Origin: Octopus bimaculoides
Lineage: Eukaryota
Assembly: GCF_001194135.2 (NCBI RefSeq)
Contig: NC_068991.1
Location: forward strand, 15,073,173 to 15,137,172
Direction of reading: 5' to 3'
DNA length: 64,000 bases
Part shown: in pieces, positions 13,387-26,377 of the stretch
Position numbering within the stretch: the first letter of the stretch is position 1
How the letters are laid out: each line of letters starts with the position of its first letter
Program-made: the position numbers and the translations under genes
Notes under the pieces: model-generated
The model's database searches: none
Seen by the model: the letters and a program-made list of their open reading frames with translations, nothing else
Told to the model about the DNA's origin: nothing

Positions 13387-13774
13387 TATATTGTCTTTGA
13401 GCTTTTAAAGTTCAATGGTAGTCCAGGTATATAATGGTTGGGAAAATAAGGTTGCATGAGAATTGAGATTTGTGTTAGGTTTAAAAAAAGAGAAAAGGGA
13501 CTAAAAGTTTGTGTTAAGCAGGAAGTATGGTGTCAAAACAGGAAGTGTGTGTGTAAGGGGAGACATCTTTTTAGTTGGAGTTATGAACTCTTTTTCAACA
13601 GGAAGTCTACACACACTTCCTGTTTTGACACCATACTTCCTGCTTAACACAAACTTTTAGCACCTTTTCTCTTTTTTTAAACCTAACACAAATCTCAATT
13701 CTCATGCATCCTTATTTTTCCAACCATTATATACATGGATTACCATTGAACTTTAAAAGCTCAAAGACAATATA
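13387..13774. repeat. Long fold-back inverted repeat (MITE-like), ~167-bp arms
   Basis: Arms 13387-13555 and ~13608-13774 are reverse complements with about six substitutions by hand alignment; ~52-nt loop; TATA at both ends. Confidence 0.92.
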
Positions 13775-14368
13775 ATGTATTGGTATATTTATTTTNNNNN
13801 NNNNNNNNNNNNNNNNNNNNNNNNNNNNNNNNNNNNNNNNNNNNNNNNNNNNNNNNNNNNNNNNNNNNNNNNNNNNNNNNNNNNNNNNNNNNNNNNNNNN
13901 NNNNNNNNNNNNNNNNNNNNNNNNNNNNNNNNNNNNNNNNNNNNNNNNNNNNNNNNNNNNNNNNNNNNNNNNNNNNNNNNNNNNNNNNNNNNNNNNNNNN
14001 NNNNNNNNNNNNNNNNNNNNNNNNNNNNNNNNNNNNNNNNNNNNNNNNNNNNNNNNNNNNNNNNNNNNNNNNNNNNNNNNNNNNNNNNNNNNNNNNNNNN
14101 NNNNNNNNNNNNNNNNNNNNNNNNNNNNNNNNNNNNNNNNNNNNNNNNNNNNNNNNNNNNNNNNNNNNNNNNNNNNNNNNNNNNNNNNNNNNNNNNNNNN
14201 NNNNNNNNNNNNNNNNNNNNNNNNNNNNNNNNNNNNNNNNNNNNNNNNNNNNNNNNNNNNNNNNNNNNNNNNNNNNNNNNNNNNNNNNNNNNNNNNNNNN
14301 NNNNNNNNNNNNNNNNNNNNNNNNNNNNNNNNNNNNNNATATTATATATATATATATATATATTATAT

Positions 14369-14751
14369 GTGGCTGTGTGGTAAGTAGCTTGCTTACCAAC
14401 CACATGGTTCCAGATTCATTCCCACTGTGTGGCACCTTGGGCAAGTGTCTTCTCGGGCTAACCAAAGCCTTGTGAGTGGATTTGGTAGACGGAAGCTGAA
14501 GGAAGTCCGTCGTATATATGTATACAAAAATGTATGTGCGTGTATATGTTTGTGTGTCTGTGTTTGTCCCCCCCACCATCGCTTGACAACCAATGGTGGT
14601 GTGTTTACGTCCCTGTAACTTAGCGGTTCGGCAAAAGAGACCGATAGAATAAGTACTAAGCTTACAAAGAATAAGTCCTGGGGTCGATTTGCTCGACTAA
14701 AGGCAGTGCTCCAGCATGGCTGCAGTCAAATGACTGAAACAAGTAAAAGAG
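14369..14751 (+). mobile_element. tRNA-derived SINE family 1
   Basis: Head and tail match the 5991 and 62007 copies. Confidence 0.9.
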
Positions 14752-14811
14752 TCTACATAAATGTTGAACGATGAAAATGAGTGCTGGTGGACATAATTTT
14801 TTTATTTGTGG

Positions 14812-14939
14812 ATTAAGGCTACCATTGGTTTCGTGTTAAGAAAAGTAGGAAAATATCCTACTGTTTTAACAATTTTTCAAATTAAGACACCAGGATATTT
14901 TCTTGCTTTTCTTAACATGAAACCAATGGTAGACTTAAT
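14812..14939. mobile_element. TTAA-flanked MITE hairpin, ~48-bp arms
   Basis: TTAA|GGCTACCATTGGTTTC...GAAACCAATGGTAGAC|TTAA. Confidence 0.75.
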
Positions 14940-15619
14940 TCATATATATAACAGTATCAACTAGACTTTCAGATACTGTTACACACCACATCTTTTTTAT
15001 TTACCTGTAATTTTTAATTTAGCTCAAATGTGTGGCAAGTTTTGATTAATTAGTATTGTGAGTCATTATTATATGCATTTTTATGTATTTATGTGCATTT
15101 ATTTCATTTAATTGATTGTGTGTATATTTCGTTTTCTAGTTTTCTTCGAAAGTAAATTCCAGTATTTCATTCTGTTTCACTCGTCTTATATGCACTAACA
15201 CTTTAGTGTTCATATGGTTAAATGTTACATGTTATGCTTACTGATTCAAATTCCATCATCATTTAACATCCTTTTGAATTAATCATGCTTATTTTGTAGC
15301 TTTATTTTTTGATGTGGTTGTTTATTTGCAGAATGACATTGTGGGGTAAGTGCGACATGCCAGATCTGGCCAGCCTAAACATATGACAAGTAGAATATTT
15401 GGGCTGGATATAGCCAGTTTAACATTTTGGCATTCAGATTATTTTGTCAAATGTAATGCTTATTTATTCACAGTTTTGAATTAATCATGCATTATCTTAT
15501 AGCTTTCAGATTTTGATGATGTGTTTATATCATATTTAAATGACATTGTAACATAGGTGTAATGTCTGTCTACACATTGGGCCTGCATTTCTTCAATATA
15601 ATACTTTTTCAAGGGGTTA

Positions 15620-15905
15620 TGTACTTTTGTCAGATGTCACTTTGTCAAACATCTTTTCGTCCAACATCTTTTAGTCCGATGATTTTTTTTGTCCAACGAC
15701 AGATCCTATCAATAAAATTCTCAATGATTATTTGATTTTGATGTTCACCTTTTTTTCTAAAGAGTTTATTTTAAATTGGACAAAAAGTGGTTGGACACAA
15801 AAAAATCATTGGACAAAAAGATGTGGACAGAGTGACTTTGGACCGAGTGACTTTGGGCCGAGTGACTTTGGGCCGAGTGACTTTGGACGAAAAGTTGGGT
15901 CATGC
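15620..15905. repeat. Element with inverted GTCCAA/TTGGAC motif arrays and a 15-bp tandem (GAGTGACTTTGGRCC x4)
   Basis: The left side repeats TTTT(C/A)GTCC(A/G)A and the right side repeats TTGGAC(A/G)AAAA. The tandem lies at ~15830-15889. Probably a non-autonomous DNA transposon. Confidence 0.65.
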
Positions 15906-17690
15906 TTTTTCAAAATAGCTTCCCCTGATTCCTCTTTCAACACAACTTTATTTTATGGGCTGTTATTTCCATAAAAGCTAAAACGAAAAGAACTTCTTGA
16001 AAATTACTCGAACCTAAAAATACATTTATATATACACACTCACGATGACTTGCATATCTATTTTTAATGTGATCTAGAAAATTCAAACATGAATATGCTA
16101 TTTGTTGTCACAGGAGAACAACTCTTTATGACAAACGCATGTTTGTAAGAAAGTCCCAAACAAAGCAAGAAATCATTTAGTGTAAAGGATTATTGGGAAG
16201 GAGAAATTAAGACAAAAGGAATAAATTTACTTTAGATTTGAAAGAGTTCAGGTCATAAGAATGAGGAAAACAATGAGATGAAAGAGAGTTCCGAAGTCTG
16301 GCAGTTTGAGGGAAAAAAGCCACAATTGTAGATTTCCTTATTCATCAAAGCCCAATATTGATTAACAAAATTCATATCCATTCCATTTTGTTTTTTGTCT
16401 ATTCGTTGTTATGAATGGATTATAATAATTTCTGACAGATGCATGGCCATGCATTTCAGATAGAATAGTTGTTTAAAATGATTTCTGTTCTCCAACCAAT
16501 GTTTTCATCAACCCTTGAAGGGTAAAAGATAATGTTGATCTCAGTGAGATCTGAGCTCTTCTGAGTTCAAATCCTACTGAGATCAACAGGATTGTGATGA
16601 AAAAAAATAATTGATTGTGCTCCTGCATGGTTCTTTGACCTACTGTAACCAAATCTCCCTAAAACCACGGTTAACTATGTCAGAAAAAAAAAAGCCAGAT
16701 TGAATAATGCGGTTCTGGGATACAGTAAATCTCAGGAAAAAAAGCACTGTGAAGTCATGATTAGAATGCATTTGATCATTTATCTGCTTAATCGCTTTTA
16801 AACTACAATAACATCAAGGAATAGTAAAATACAATTTTTTTCAATGAGATTGGCAGCTGTGAAAAATGTGAAAATTCTATAGCAAGACAATTAATCATAA
16901 TGATATTTAGCATCCTCTTTCCATGCTGGCATGGGCTGGAAGGTCTGACCTAGAGCTAGCAAGCAGGGAGCTGTCCAGACTCCAATTGCCTGTTGTGGTA
17001 TGGTTTCTACGGCTGGATGCCCTTCCTAACGCCAACCACTTAACAGAGTGTGCTAGGTGCTTTTTATGTGCCACCGGCATGGGTCCATTTACACAGCACC
17101 AACACAGGAGAATTAACACGGCAAAGGCACGGGTGCTTTTTAAGTGGCACCAGCATCTGAAAGGACAAGCCTGTAATGTGTGGAAGACAGCGGTTTTACT
17201 TAGCTCAACGTGTCTGTCTTATCAAATACAGAAAATCCCTACATCTCCCAGTCCCTTGTCGTTTCCTCAGATCCTTTCTCACCACTTTCTCCCACATCTT
17301 CCTGGGTTGACCCCTTTAACATGTACCCTCGACAATTACAGCTTGTACTTCTTTACGCAGCTGTCCTCATCCATAAGCAGTGTGTGCGTGTGTGTGTTTT
17401 AGATACATACATATATACACACACACATATATACATACAGATATATATATACACACACGCATACATACATACATATATATATTTATTATAGAAGGAAAGG
17501 GGAAAAAATCCGGCTCCAACATGTAAGAATATATCAAAAAACGTTTTTTTGCATATTCTTACATGTTGGAGCATTTTTTCATGTTTCCTTATTTAACTTA
17601 TATATATAATTATCATTTTAGTATAATTTAACAAGGTTTGTAGCATGTTGGCCACTTGATATTATTTACATGATTTTATCCTTGTTTCTA

Positions 17691-17744
<54 letters not shown>

Positions 17745-17965
17745 TATAATATATATAACAAAAAANNNNNNNNNNNNNNNNNNNNNNNNNNNNNNNNNNN
17801 NNNNNNNNNNNNNNNNNNNNNNNNNNNNNNNNNNNNNNNNNNNNNNNNNNNNNNNNNNNNNNNNNNNNNNNNNNNNNNNNNNNNNNNNNNNNNNNNNNNN
17901 NNNNNNNNNNNNNNNNNNNNNNNNNNNNNNNNNNNNNNNNNNNNNNNNNNNNNNNNNNNNNNNNN

Positions 17966-18011
<46 letters not shown>

Positions 18012-20061
18012 TAAAATTTATATGCATATATTTACATTAAAAACTATATGTATATATTTACATTAGAATCTATATGTATATATTTACGTTAAAATATTTA
18101 TCTATATATTTACGTTAAAATATTTATCTATATATATTTACATGAAAACCTATATATATATATATATATTTTACATAAAAACTTTTGTTTTGCATAAAAA
18201 ACATACTTTACATAAAAAATATATATCATCATCATCATCGTATAATGTCCCTTTTCCATGCTGGCATGGGATGGACGGTTTGACAGATCTAAAAAGCCAG
18301 TGGTTGCACCAAGCACCAATCTGATCTGGCAATATTTCTACAGCAGGATGCCCTTCCTAACGCCAACCACTCTGAGAGAGTAGTGGGTGCTTTTTATGTG
18401 CTGCTGGCACAGGAGCCAGTCATGTGGGTCTGGCATCGATCATGTTTGGATAGTGCTTTTTACGTGCTACCAGCACAGGAGCCAGTCAGGCGGACTTGGC
18501 ATCGACCATGTTCAGTATTAGTTTCACAGCTGGCTACTCTGTCTAAATTCAACTATTTTGCAATATACATAGTTACGGTGTAGAAGATGACTAATAAAAG
18601 AAATACTGAAACAGCTTGGTAGAAGCTCTTCAAACCAGCCCAGAAAAGAATTCAAAAATTCAATGAAGATTACAACAAAGCTTTTCAACCCTAGACATTA
18701 GAATCAGAACAAGGAGGAGGAGGAGGAAGAGGAAGGAGTGCTCATATTTTGGTACCACGTCTATGAGAAAGCTTCTACATGGTTGCTTAACTTGGTAAAA
18801 GCACCAGCTAAGATTCCTTCAAGTCACACTAAATCATGTAAACTACTGAATTATAAACTGGACAATATAGTCTCTGATGTACAAAACTGATAGAATGGTC
18901 AAAGCTGGAATACTTTTAGACAATACATCCACTCATTACATCCACACACACACACACACACACACACAGTGGGCTTCTATATCTGCTTGGTCAGCCCTAG
19001 GTGATAGAAGAAGGTACCTGCTTATGATGCCTCAAATTAGGACTAAACCTAAAACCATAAGGTTAGGAAGCAAACTTCTTAAACACAAGCCATGCCAGCA
19101 CCAAAGGAAAGGAGAGAGAAAACATTGATGATAATATAAATAAAACAGCATAAGGAAATACCAAGCATTGGAAATAAAACAAAAACTCATATGTTGGGTA
19201 AAATTAGAAACAATGCTTTGATGTTAACTTAGGCCAGGCAAGAGAACAATCCCAGCCTCTCCAAATGACAAACAGGACTGAAACTACATATTGTTTATAT
19301 CTAAATCAACATCTTGATCCAAACCTCATTATTACGGAAACAATAAATGTTACTATTTCAGAAAATAAACTTTTGTCTCTGTCGTGGAGTGAACCGACAC
19401 ACCCACACGACTGTCAGTGGACTGGACTTAGTCTATAAACAGATGAGCCAGTAAGTCGAACTGTGAGAGCAATAGTCTTGTTGTTGATTCTGTGATTGAG
19501 TATTGGATTGATATTGTGCGAATGGTTATAATAAGATAACTGACATAAGATAATCATTGCTGATTGGGTGCTACTCTGGCATGTGACCTACACCCTAAAG
19601 GGAGATTACTTCAGGTTACTCTTTAGTTTACTTCTCAATTTCTAAAAAGACTTCGTTGACTACAGATTTTTTTACAATAAATTTCTTTGTACATACTTAG
19701 CATTGTAAATGAGTTTTTCAAAATTCTTACTATTTCAATAATAATAAAACCATATTTCATTTATGTCTTAGTAAATAACAATAATAAAAAACCAAGAATA
19801 AACAATATAATAATTAGAATAAGTGCATAGATCACACCAAGTTTGGTAGCTGCGAGTTTTGCAACGTAAAGAAACTAAAAACTAACCTAAAGTAATCACC
19901 CGTTGTAGATCACACAACAAAGTAGCAGTGCTTATTGTTACATTTGGTATTGTGATATATAATATCATAACTGACAATATAATAGTCACCTAACATCAGT
20001 TTAAAACACTTTAATACATTCTGATTACTTACTTTTATGTAAATTAGAACTCGTCATAAAA

Positions 20062-20980
20062 ATGTGGTGGTATTTTGAAGTTCCTGGACTAGTTCTGTAG
20101 TACGCCAACAGATGGCAGCAAACAATTGCATATGCAGTTAGAGCTGGCAGTGATCTTCATGAGGCAGTGTGCTGAGTGACATTGCTGCGTTTACTTCACA
20201 AGTTGTGAAATTTGTGCTTTAGTGATCACATGTATGCTGTAGCCTGTGATTTTTGTCATGGACAGGAACAAAGCGCCAACGTGAAATTTTGCGTTAAACT
20301 TGGGGAAGTCTGATACAAAAACATTGAGCAGGCTTCAGCAGGCTTATGGCAATGGGTCATACGCCATGTTTTAAGTGACATGAGTACTTCAAAGGCAGAA
20401 GAGCATCTCTGGAAGATGATGAGCAATCTGGATGACCTGTCATGAGTGACACCTCCAGAAACATGGTATTATGCATCGGGAATTCATTCCCCAGGGCCAG
20501 ACTGTCAATCAAGAGTTCTACTGCAACGTTTTACAGTGTTTCATGGGGGGGGGGCATTTTGTGATAGCAACTGGATCTGTGGAGCGCAAAGAATTGAATT
20601 CTTCATGGCAACAATGCATCGTCAACAAGGTCTCCTCACTTGTGAGTTTCTCGCCAAAAACCACATGGTATCGCTTCTGCACCCACCCTATTCACCAGAT
20701 TTAGCCCCTGTGGACTTTCAACTTTTCCCCCAAGATGAAAATGCAGCTCAAACGTCACTGTTTTAACACCATTGTCAAGACCTAGAGCGAATCACAGAAG
20801 GTCCTTGACTCACTTACGGACAATGACTTCCAAGACGGATTTCCAAAAATGGTAGGAATGCTGGGACCAGTGTATTGTTGTGCAAGGTGACTATTTCAAA
20901 AAGAGACGATGTTAAAACTTATGTAAATAAACTATTTCTTATTAAACATAACTAGTCCAGGAACTTTCTGATACTTCATA
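20062..20980 (+). mobile_element. Internally deleted mariner (Tc1/mariner) transposon relic
   Basis: Inverted termini GAAGTTCCTGGACTAGTT (~20078-20095) and AACTAGTCCAGGAACTTT (~20950-20967). Transposase pieces include QRANVKFCVKLGKS, EFIPQGQTVNQEFYCNVL and HPPYSPDLAPVDF. The central part is missing at ~20460. Confidence 0.88.
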
Positions 20981-21335
20981 CCGTCTGCAAGAAACTGAAA
21001 TGTTTTCAGTAAGAAAAGATTTTTTTATCAAACAAGGTTTTTTTCAAAGACAAAAGCCCTATTCACATTTAACAGTTTTAGCATGTAAACCAACTATATC
21101 TGGCTCAAGCATTCTACCTGCTTTATGTTCAATCCAACCAGATCTGGCCTCTCATACCTATCTTACAATGTCATTCTAAACAAACAATCACATCATTGAA
21201 ATCATGAAGCTATGAGAAAAATCAAGATTTTCTTTTTGTAAACAGTGATACAGACAGACACACATGCATATATACACAAACATACACACAAAACACACAT
21301 TCATGTTATCATTAAACTAAATATGGTCACAAAGA

Positions 21336-21375
<40 letters not shown>

Positions 21376-21654
21376 GAGAGAGACGGACAGAGGGAAAAAG
21401 AGAGAAAGAGGCCATCACTAGACATTCTAATATGCTGATTCCAAGAAACTAACAAAACACTGTGGGACTGGGAAGACTAACAACAGAAGACATCTTGCCC
21501 AAAGTGTTACACAAGAGAACTGAACATAGAGCTATGTGGTCTACACAGCCAGGTCTACAAAAATCAATGTCAAAATCTGTAGAAATACTGAATACTTCTT
21601 TTAAAGTCGACCACTAGAAAGTATTGACTGATAAGTTCATGATAAGTTTAAAAA

Positions 21655-22216
21655 GACAAAAACCAAAGAAATAAAAATAAGTAGGACATATAAGACCAAA
21701 TGGAAAAGCAACTTCATCAGTTTTCCAACAAGACTCAAAATTTTCAAGTCCCTGATAACTTCAATCCTTCTGTAATTGGTATGAGAGCTGAACTCTTACA
21801 GCTGACACAACACAAAGAAGCCAGGCATTTGAGCACATGTGTTTCAGATTGTTACACATCTCATGCGCAGCACAAAACAAATATCTGGTCAAGCAGCAAG
21901 CCATCAAATTTGACAACAGACAGGAACGACTCCTTGCACAGATAACAAGACAGAAAGTTTGCCTGGTATGGTCACATAACTCACCACAACTCCCTGTCCA
22001 AGGACCATCGTTCAGAGTTACAATTGAGGGAGAGCAAAAAAGATAGGTAGATAGAAAAAAAGCTGGTATGACAACATCAAGGACCTGATATGTCACAACA
22101 CCGTAACTTTGCTATGTATAATAGAAAAGAACAATAGTTATGGCTAACCGCTAAAATGTCAAGAGTAGCATGCCAATGACAGGCAGCAAACAGTTGCGAG
22201 AGAACCTGAGGATGAT
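21655..22216 (+). mobile_element. RTE-clade LINE, ORF2 3' fragment
   Basis: Hand translation across frameshifts: WKSNFISFPTRLKIFKSLITSILL...ES*TLTAD...QAFEHMCFRLLHIS...HKTNIW...WYGHIT.HNSLSK...TIEG...WYDNIKD, then a GATGAT tail. Confidence 0.8.
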
Positions 22217-22235
22217 ATTCTAAATATAACATTTG

Positions 22236-22577
22236 GTGCCAGTACTGCCTGACTGGCCTTCATAGGATTTTCGAGCGAGATCGTTGCCAGTGCCCCTGGA
22301 CTGGCTCCTGTGCGGGTGGCACATAAAATACACCATTTTGAGCGTGGCCTTTGCCAGTACCGCCTGACTGGCCTTCGTGCGGGTGGCACGTAAAAAGCAC
22401 CCACTACACTCTCTGAGTGGTTGGCGTTAGGAAGGGCATCCAGCTGTTGAAACTCTGCCAAATCAGATTGGAGCCTGGTGTTGCCATCCGGTTTCACCAG
22501 TCCTCAGTCAAATCGTCCAACCCATGCTAGCATGGAAAGCAGACGTTAAACGATGATGATGATGATGATGATGATGT
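22236..22577 (+). mobile_element. RTE-tail-type non-autonomous retroposon (family 3)
   Basis: ...GCCAAATCAGATTGGAGCCTGG...GCATGGAAAGCAGACGTTAAACGATGATGAT tail. Related copies at ~16905-17100(-), ~18224-18510(-), ~31890-32025(+) and ~36428-36535(-). Confidence 0.8.
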
Positions 22578-23200
22578 TATCTGTGCTTGAATTTATAGAC
22601 AAGATGTTTAAGCTGCTTAGCAACCAGCATCTATGGAAATAGCTTTCAAGAAGAACTCATCTGTGATTAAAAGAAGGCATCCAATTAGCGTTTCTTAACC
22701 TGTCAACTAAGAAATTTATTGGAGAAAAATTTGTTACCTCATTACCGTCATTGCTATTATCATCGTTAAATTTAATATGGTCACAAAAATGGTGTTCCTA
22801 TGCACACACGTGTATGCGTGCATGTGTCAGTGTGTCAAAGGGTGTCGCTTGACACACTTAGGTTTGCTGATCCCATCACACAAGCAATCAAGAGACCAAG
22901 TGGCAGTATGAGAATTGATATGAGAGTGAATTGAAGGCTGAAGAGGGATGTAGGTTAATCAAATTGGTAGAGAATAACAAGCGATACAGAGAAAGAGTGG
23001 CAGGAAGAGAATTTTAAAAAATTGATGAGATATTTCATAAATTAACAAAGTCAACAAGGAGTTACATTTCAAGACAACCAATCAAATGCAAAAAGATGTC
23101 ATTAAGTGTCACGTACTACTGTTCAGCTAACCAATCAAAGTCTAGATTGGATATTATGAAGATTAAGGAAAACTCAAGGAAAAGTGTGTGTCTCTACATA

Positions 23201-23355
23201 GAGGCATGAACATGGCTATGGGGTTAAGGAGATTACTTCCCAATCATGTGGTCTTGGATTCAGTCCCAGTGTGTGGCACCTTGGGCAAGAGTCTTCCACT
23301 ATAGCTCTGGGCCAACTAAAGCCCATGTTGTGTGTGTGTGTGTGTGTTTGAGTGT

Positions 23356-23433
<78 letters not shown>

Positions 23434-23632
23434 ATATTGTTTGTCTCTCACCATCATTTAACCAGTGTCAGTTTGTTTACATCCCGGTAGAGTAGCAGTT
23501 CAGCGAAAGAAGCCAATAGAATAAGTACCAAACTTAAGAAATATGTACTGGGGGTCAATTTGTTTGACTAAACCTTTCAAGGCGGTGCCCCAGCATGGCT
23601 GCAGTCCAATGACTGAAACAAGCAAACGATAA
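23201..23632 (+). mobile_element. tRNA-derived SINE family 1 (diverged)
   Basis: Head, internal (TG)n and 3' end are all recognisable. Confidence 0.8.
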
Positions 23633-23949
23633 ACAAGAAAGAATGTTGTAATACAGGAATTATCACAATAAATATTCTTATTCAGAAATATTTGTTTGCA
23701 CCATATCTGAGCAGTTAAAACAGAAGACAGCTTGGTGCTATGAAACTATGAAGCAATCATGACAGTTAATTTTTGAGTGTTTGCATTACAGGTGAAAAGC
23801 AGCAGAAGGTTAAGATACGAACATATATGCAAACAATTACACTGAGACACAACATATATACTGAGTTTATACACAGGAACAGATAACCAGCCGTTTATTT
23901 CTTTTATCACAGTCAAGAAATAAGCTTTACAAATCTTCCAAAAGTCATA

Positions 23950-24112
23950 GGCGAAAGATAGGGTTGTGTGGTAAGAAACTTTCTTCCCAACCACATGGTT
24001 CTAGGTTCAGTCCCACTGCATGGCACCTTGGGCAAGTGTGTTCTATTGCCTCGGGCTGATCAAAGCTTTGTGAGTGAATTTGTAGATGGAAACTGAAAGA
24101 AGTCCAATATAT

Positions 24113-24162
<50 letters not shown>

Positions 24163-24830
24163 NNNNNNNNNNNNNNNNNNNNNNNNNNNNNNNNNNNNNN
24201 NNNNNNNNNNNNNNNNNNNNNNNNNNNNNNNNNNNNNNNNNNNNNNNNNNNNNNNNNNNNNNNNNNNNNNNNNNNNNNNNNNNNNNNNNNNNNNNNNNNN
24301 NNNNNNNNNNNNNNNNNNNNNNNNNNNNNNNNNNNNNNNNNNNNNNNNNNNNNNNNNNNNNNNNNNNNNNNNNNNNNNNNNNNNNNNNNNNNNNNNNNNN
24401 NNNNNNNNNNNNNNNNNNNNNNNNNNNNNNNNNNNNNNNNNNNNNNNNNNNNNNNNNNNNNNNNNNNNNNNNNNNNNNNNNNNNNNNNNNNNNNNNNNNN
24501 NNNNNNNNNNNNNNNNNNNNNNNNNNNNNNNNNNNNNNNNNNNNNNNNNNNNNNNNNNNNNNNNNNNNNNNNNNNNNNNNNNNNNNNNNNNNNNNNNNNN
24601 NNNTATATATATATATATTGTATGTGTTTGTATGTCTATGTTTGTACCCCACCACCAGTGTTGGTGTGTTTACATCCTTGTAACTTAGCGATCTGACAAA
24701 GAGAATGATAGAATAGTTACCAGGCTTGCAAAGAAAACAAAAAAGTACTGGTGTTGATTCATTTAGGTCAAAGTTATTCAAAATGTTGCCCCCAGCATGG
24801 CCACAGTCTAAAGACTGAATCAAGATAAAT
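23950..24830 (+). mobile_element. tRNA-derived SINE family 1 (gap inside)
   Basis: Head at ~23950-24105, then (TG)n and a gap, then a diverged 3' end. Confidence 0.8.
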
Positions 24831-25097
24831 GATAGACAAAAAAAAAATTATACAAAACATTAACAGGGCAACTGAACTGCTGCTAAGCACAGGTGGGTGG
24901 AATCCTTCAACAATGGCAGCATAATTTTAACCAAGAAAGTCTCACATTAGCATCCAGCAAAAAGGTTAACAACCTGTAATCATATTTTTTTTAAATTATC
25001 AGCAGTTTGCATAAACCAGTTTCCCCATTGTCAAAGCATGTGAATGTGTGTGTAGGAGGTACACTTTATATACATGTGTGTATATGCATAAACATTT

Positions 25098-25487
25098 GTT
25101 GTTTGTTGGCACTCCATTACTTACGACATCGAGGGTTCCAGTTGATCCGATCAACGGAACAGCCTGCTTGTGAAATTAACGTGCAAGTGGCTGAGCATTC
25201 CACAGACACTTGTACCCTTAACGTAGTTCTCGGGGGGATATTCAGCATGACACAGTGTGACAAGGCTGACCCTTTGAATTACAGGCACAACAGAAACAGG
25301 AAGTAAGAATGAGAGAAAGTTGTGGTTAAAGAGTACAGCAGTGCTCGCCACCATCCCCTGCCGGAGCCTCGGGGAGCTTTAGGTGTTTTCGCTCAATAAA
25401 CACACACTACGCTCGGTCTGGGAATCGAAACCGCGATCCTATGACCGCGAGTCTGCTGCCCTAACCACTGGGCCATTGCACCTCCAC
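25098..25487 (-). mobile_element. Young tRNA-derived SINE (family 2) with 11-bp TSD
   Basis: tRNA-like head GTGGAGGTGCAATGGCCCAGTGGTTAGG...GGTTTCGATTCCC. TSD CATAAACATTT at 25087-25097 and 25487-25497. Confidence 0.9.
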
Positions 25488-25933
25488 ATAAACATTTATA
25501 TACACATATATACACACATATACATGGTGGAGGCTTAATCATTTCAACATCTAATGTTCCGTGCTTTCATAGGTCAGACAAAATTTGATGGAGCAGAATT
25601 TGTACAGTCAGATGTTCTTCCAGTCACCAACCTTCACCTCTTTCCAAGCAAAGAAGTAATTTCTGTACATGATAAATGTACAAAAAGAAGAAAAAAAGAA
25701 TCTCAACAAAACAAAGGAGCAATTTCAAAAGTGATCTTGTAAAAATCAACCAGAGGTGCTTCAACGGTATGGCAAATACAGGACCTACAGATTTACTACT
25801 ATCAACTTTTGGTATGGAAGGCCAGAATGTAAACCTTTCATTATCTGAATATGAGCATAAAATAAAACAGTTCTGTTCTTCAAACACCTCAATTAGAAGT
25901 AAAATACTTTAAATATCCAAAATATTATTTCAG

Positions 25934-26096
25934 TTGCAGCGTGGAAGGTGTTTATAAGCCATTTAAAATAACACACAAAGACCGATAGATTCACTTCAAC
26001 ATTTAAATCTAATTTGTCAAAATTTAAATGTTGAAGTGAATCTATCGGTCTTTGTGTGTTATTTTAAATGGCTTATAAACACCTTCCATGCTGCAA
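25934..26096. repeat. Near-perfect 75-bp-stem hairpin
   Basis: 25934-26008 is the reverse complement of 26022-26096 with one mismatch; 13-nt loop CTAATTTGTCAAA. Confidence 0.95.
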
Positions 26097-26329
26097 TTGC
26101 TTTCGTTCCAACACACGATTTCAGATCAGGTCACTTGCTATGCAAGTACATCTCCGTAATTATTTCAGTTATTTAATGCAAAGATAAAATCAACAAATAA
26201 TCAAGAAGCCTAATACATAAACACTGTCATTATTAAAATACGAACATAAACTGAAGATATTTAAATTTAAGTATTCCATGACGAAAGTGGTTACATTCTG
26301 GACTGGGTTTTTTTTGTTTCTTTTTTTCT

Positions 26330-26377
<48 letters not shown>

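Noticed and set aside
15830-15889. Short regular repeats as a possible CRISPR array
   Set aside because: Head-to-tail repeats with no spacers, no cas genes, and a eukaryotic context.
15732-15974. ORF with (SDFGP)x4 repeats
   Set aside because: Translation of a 15-bp tandem within a non-coding repeat, with no splice or domain support.
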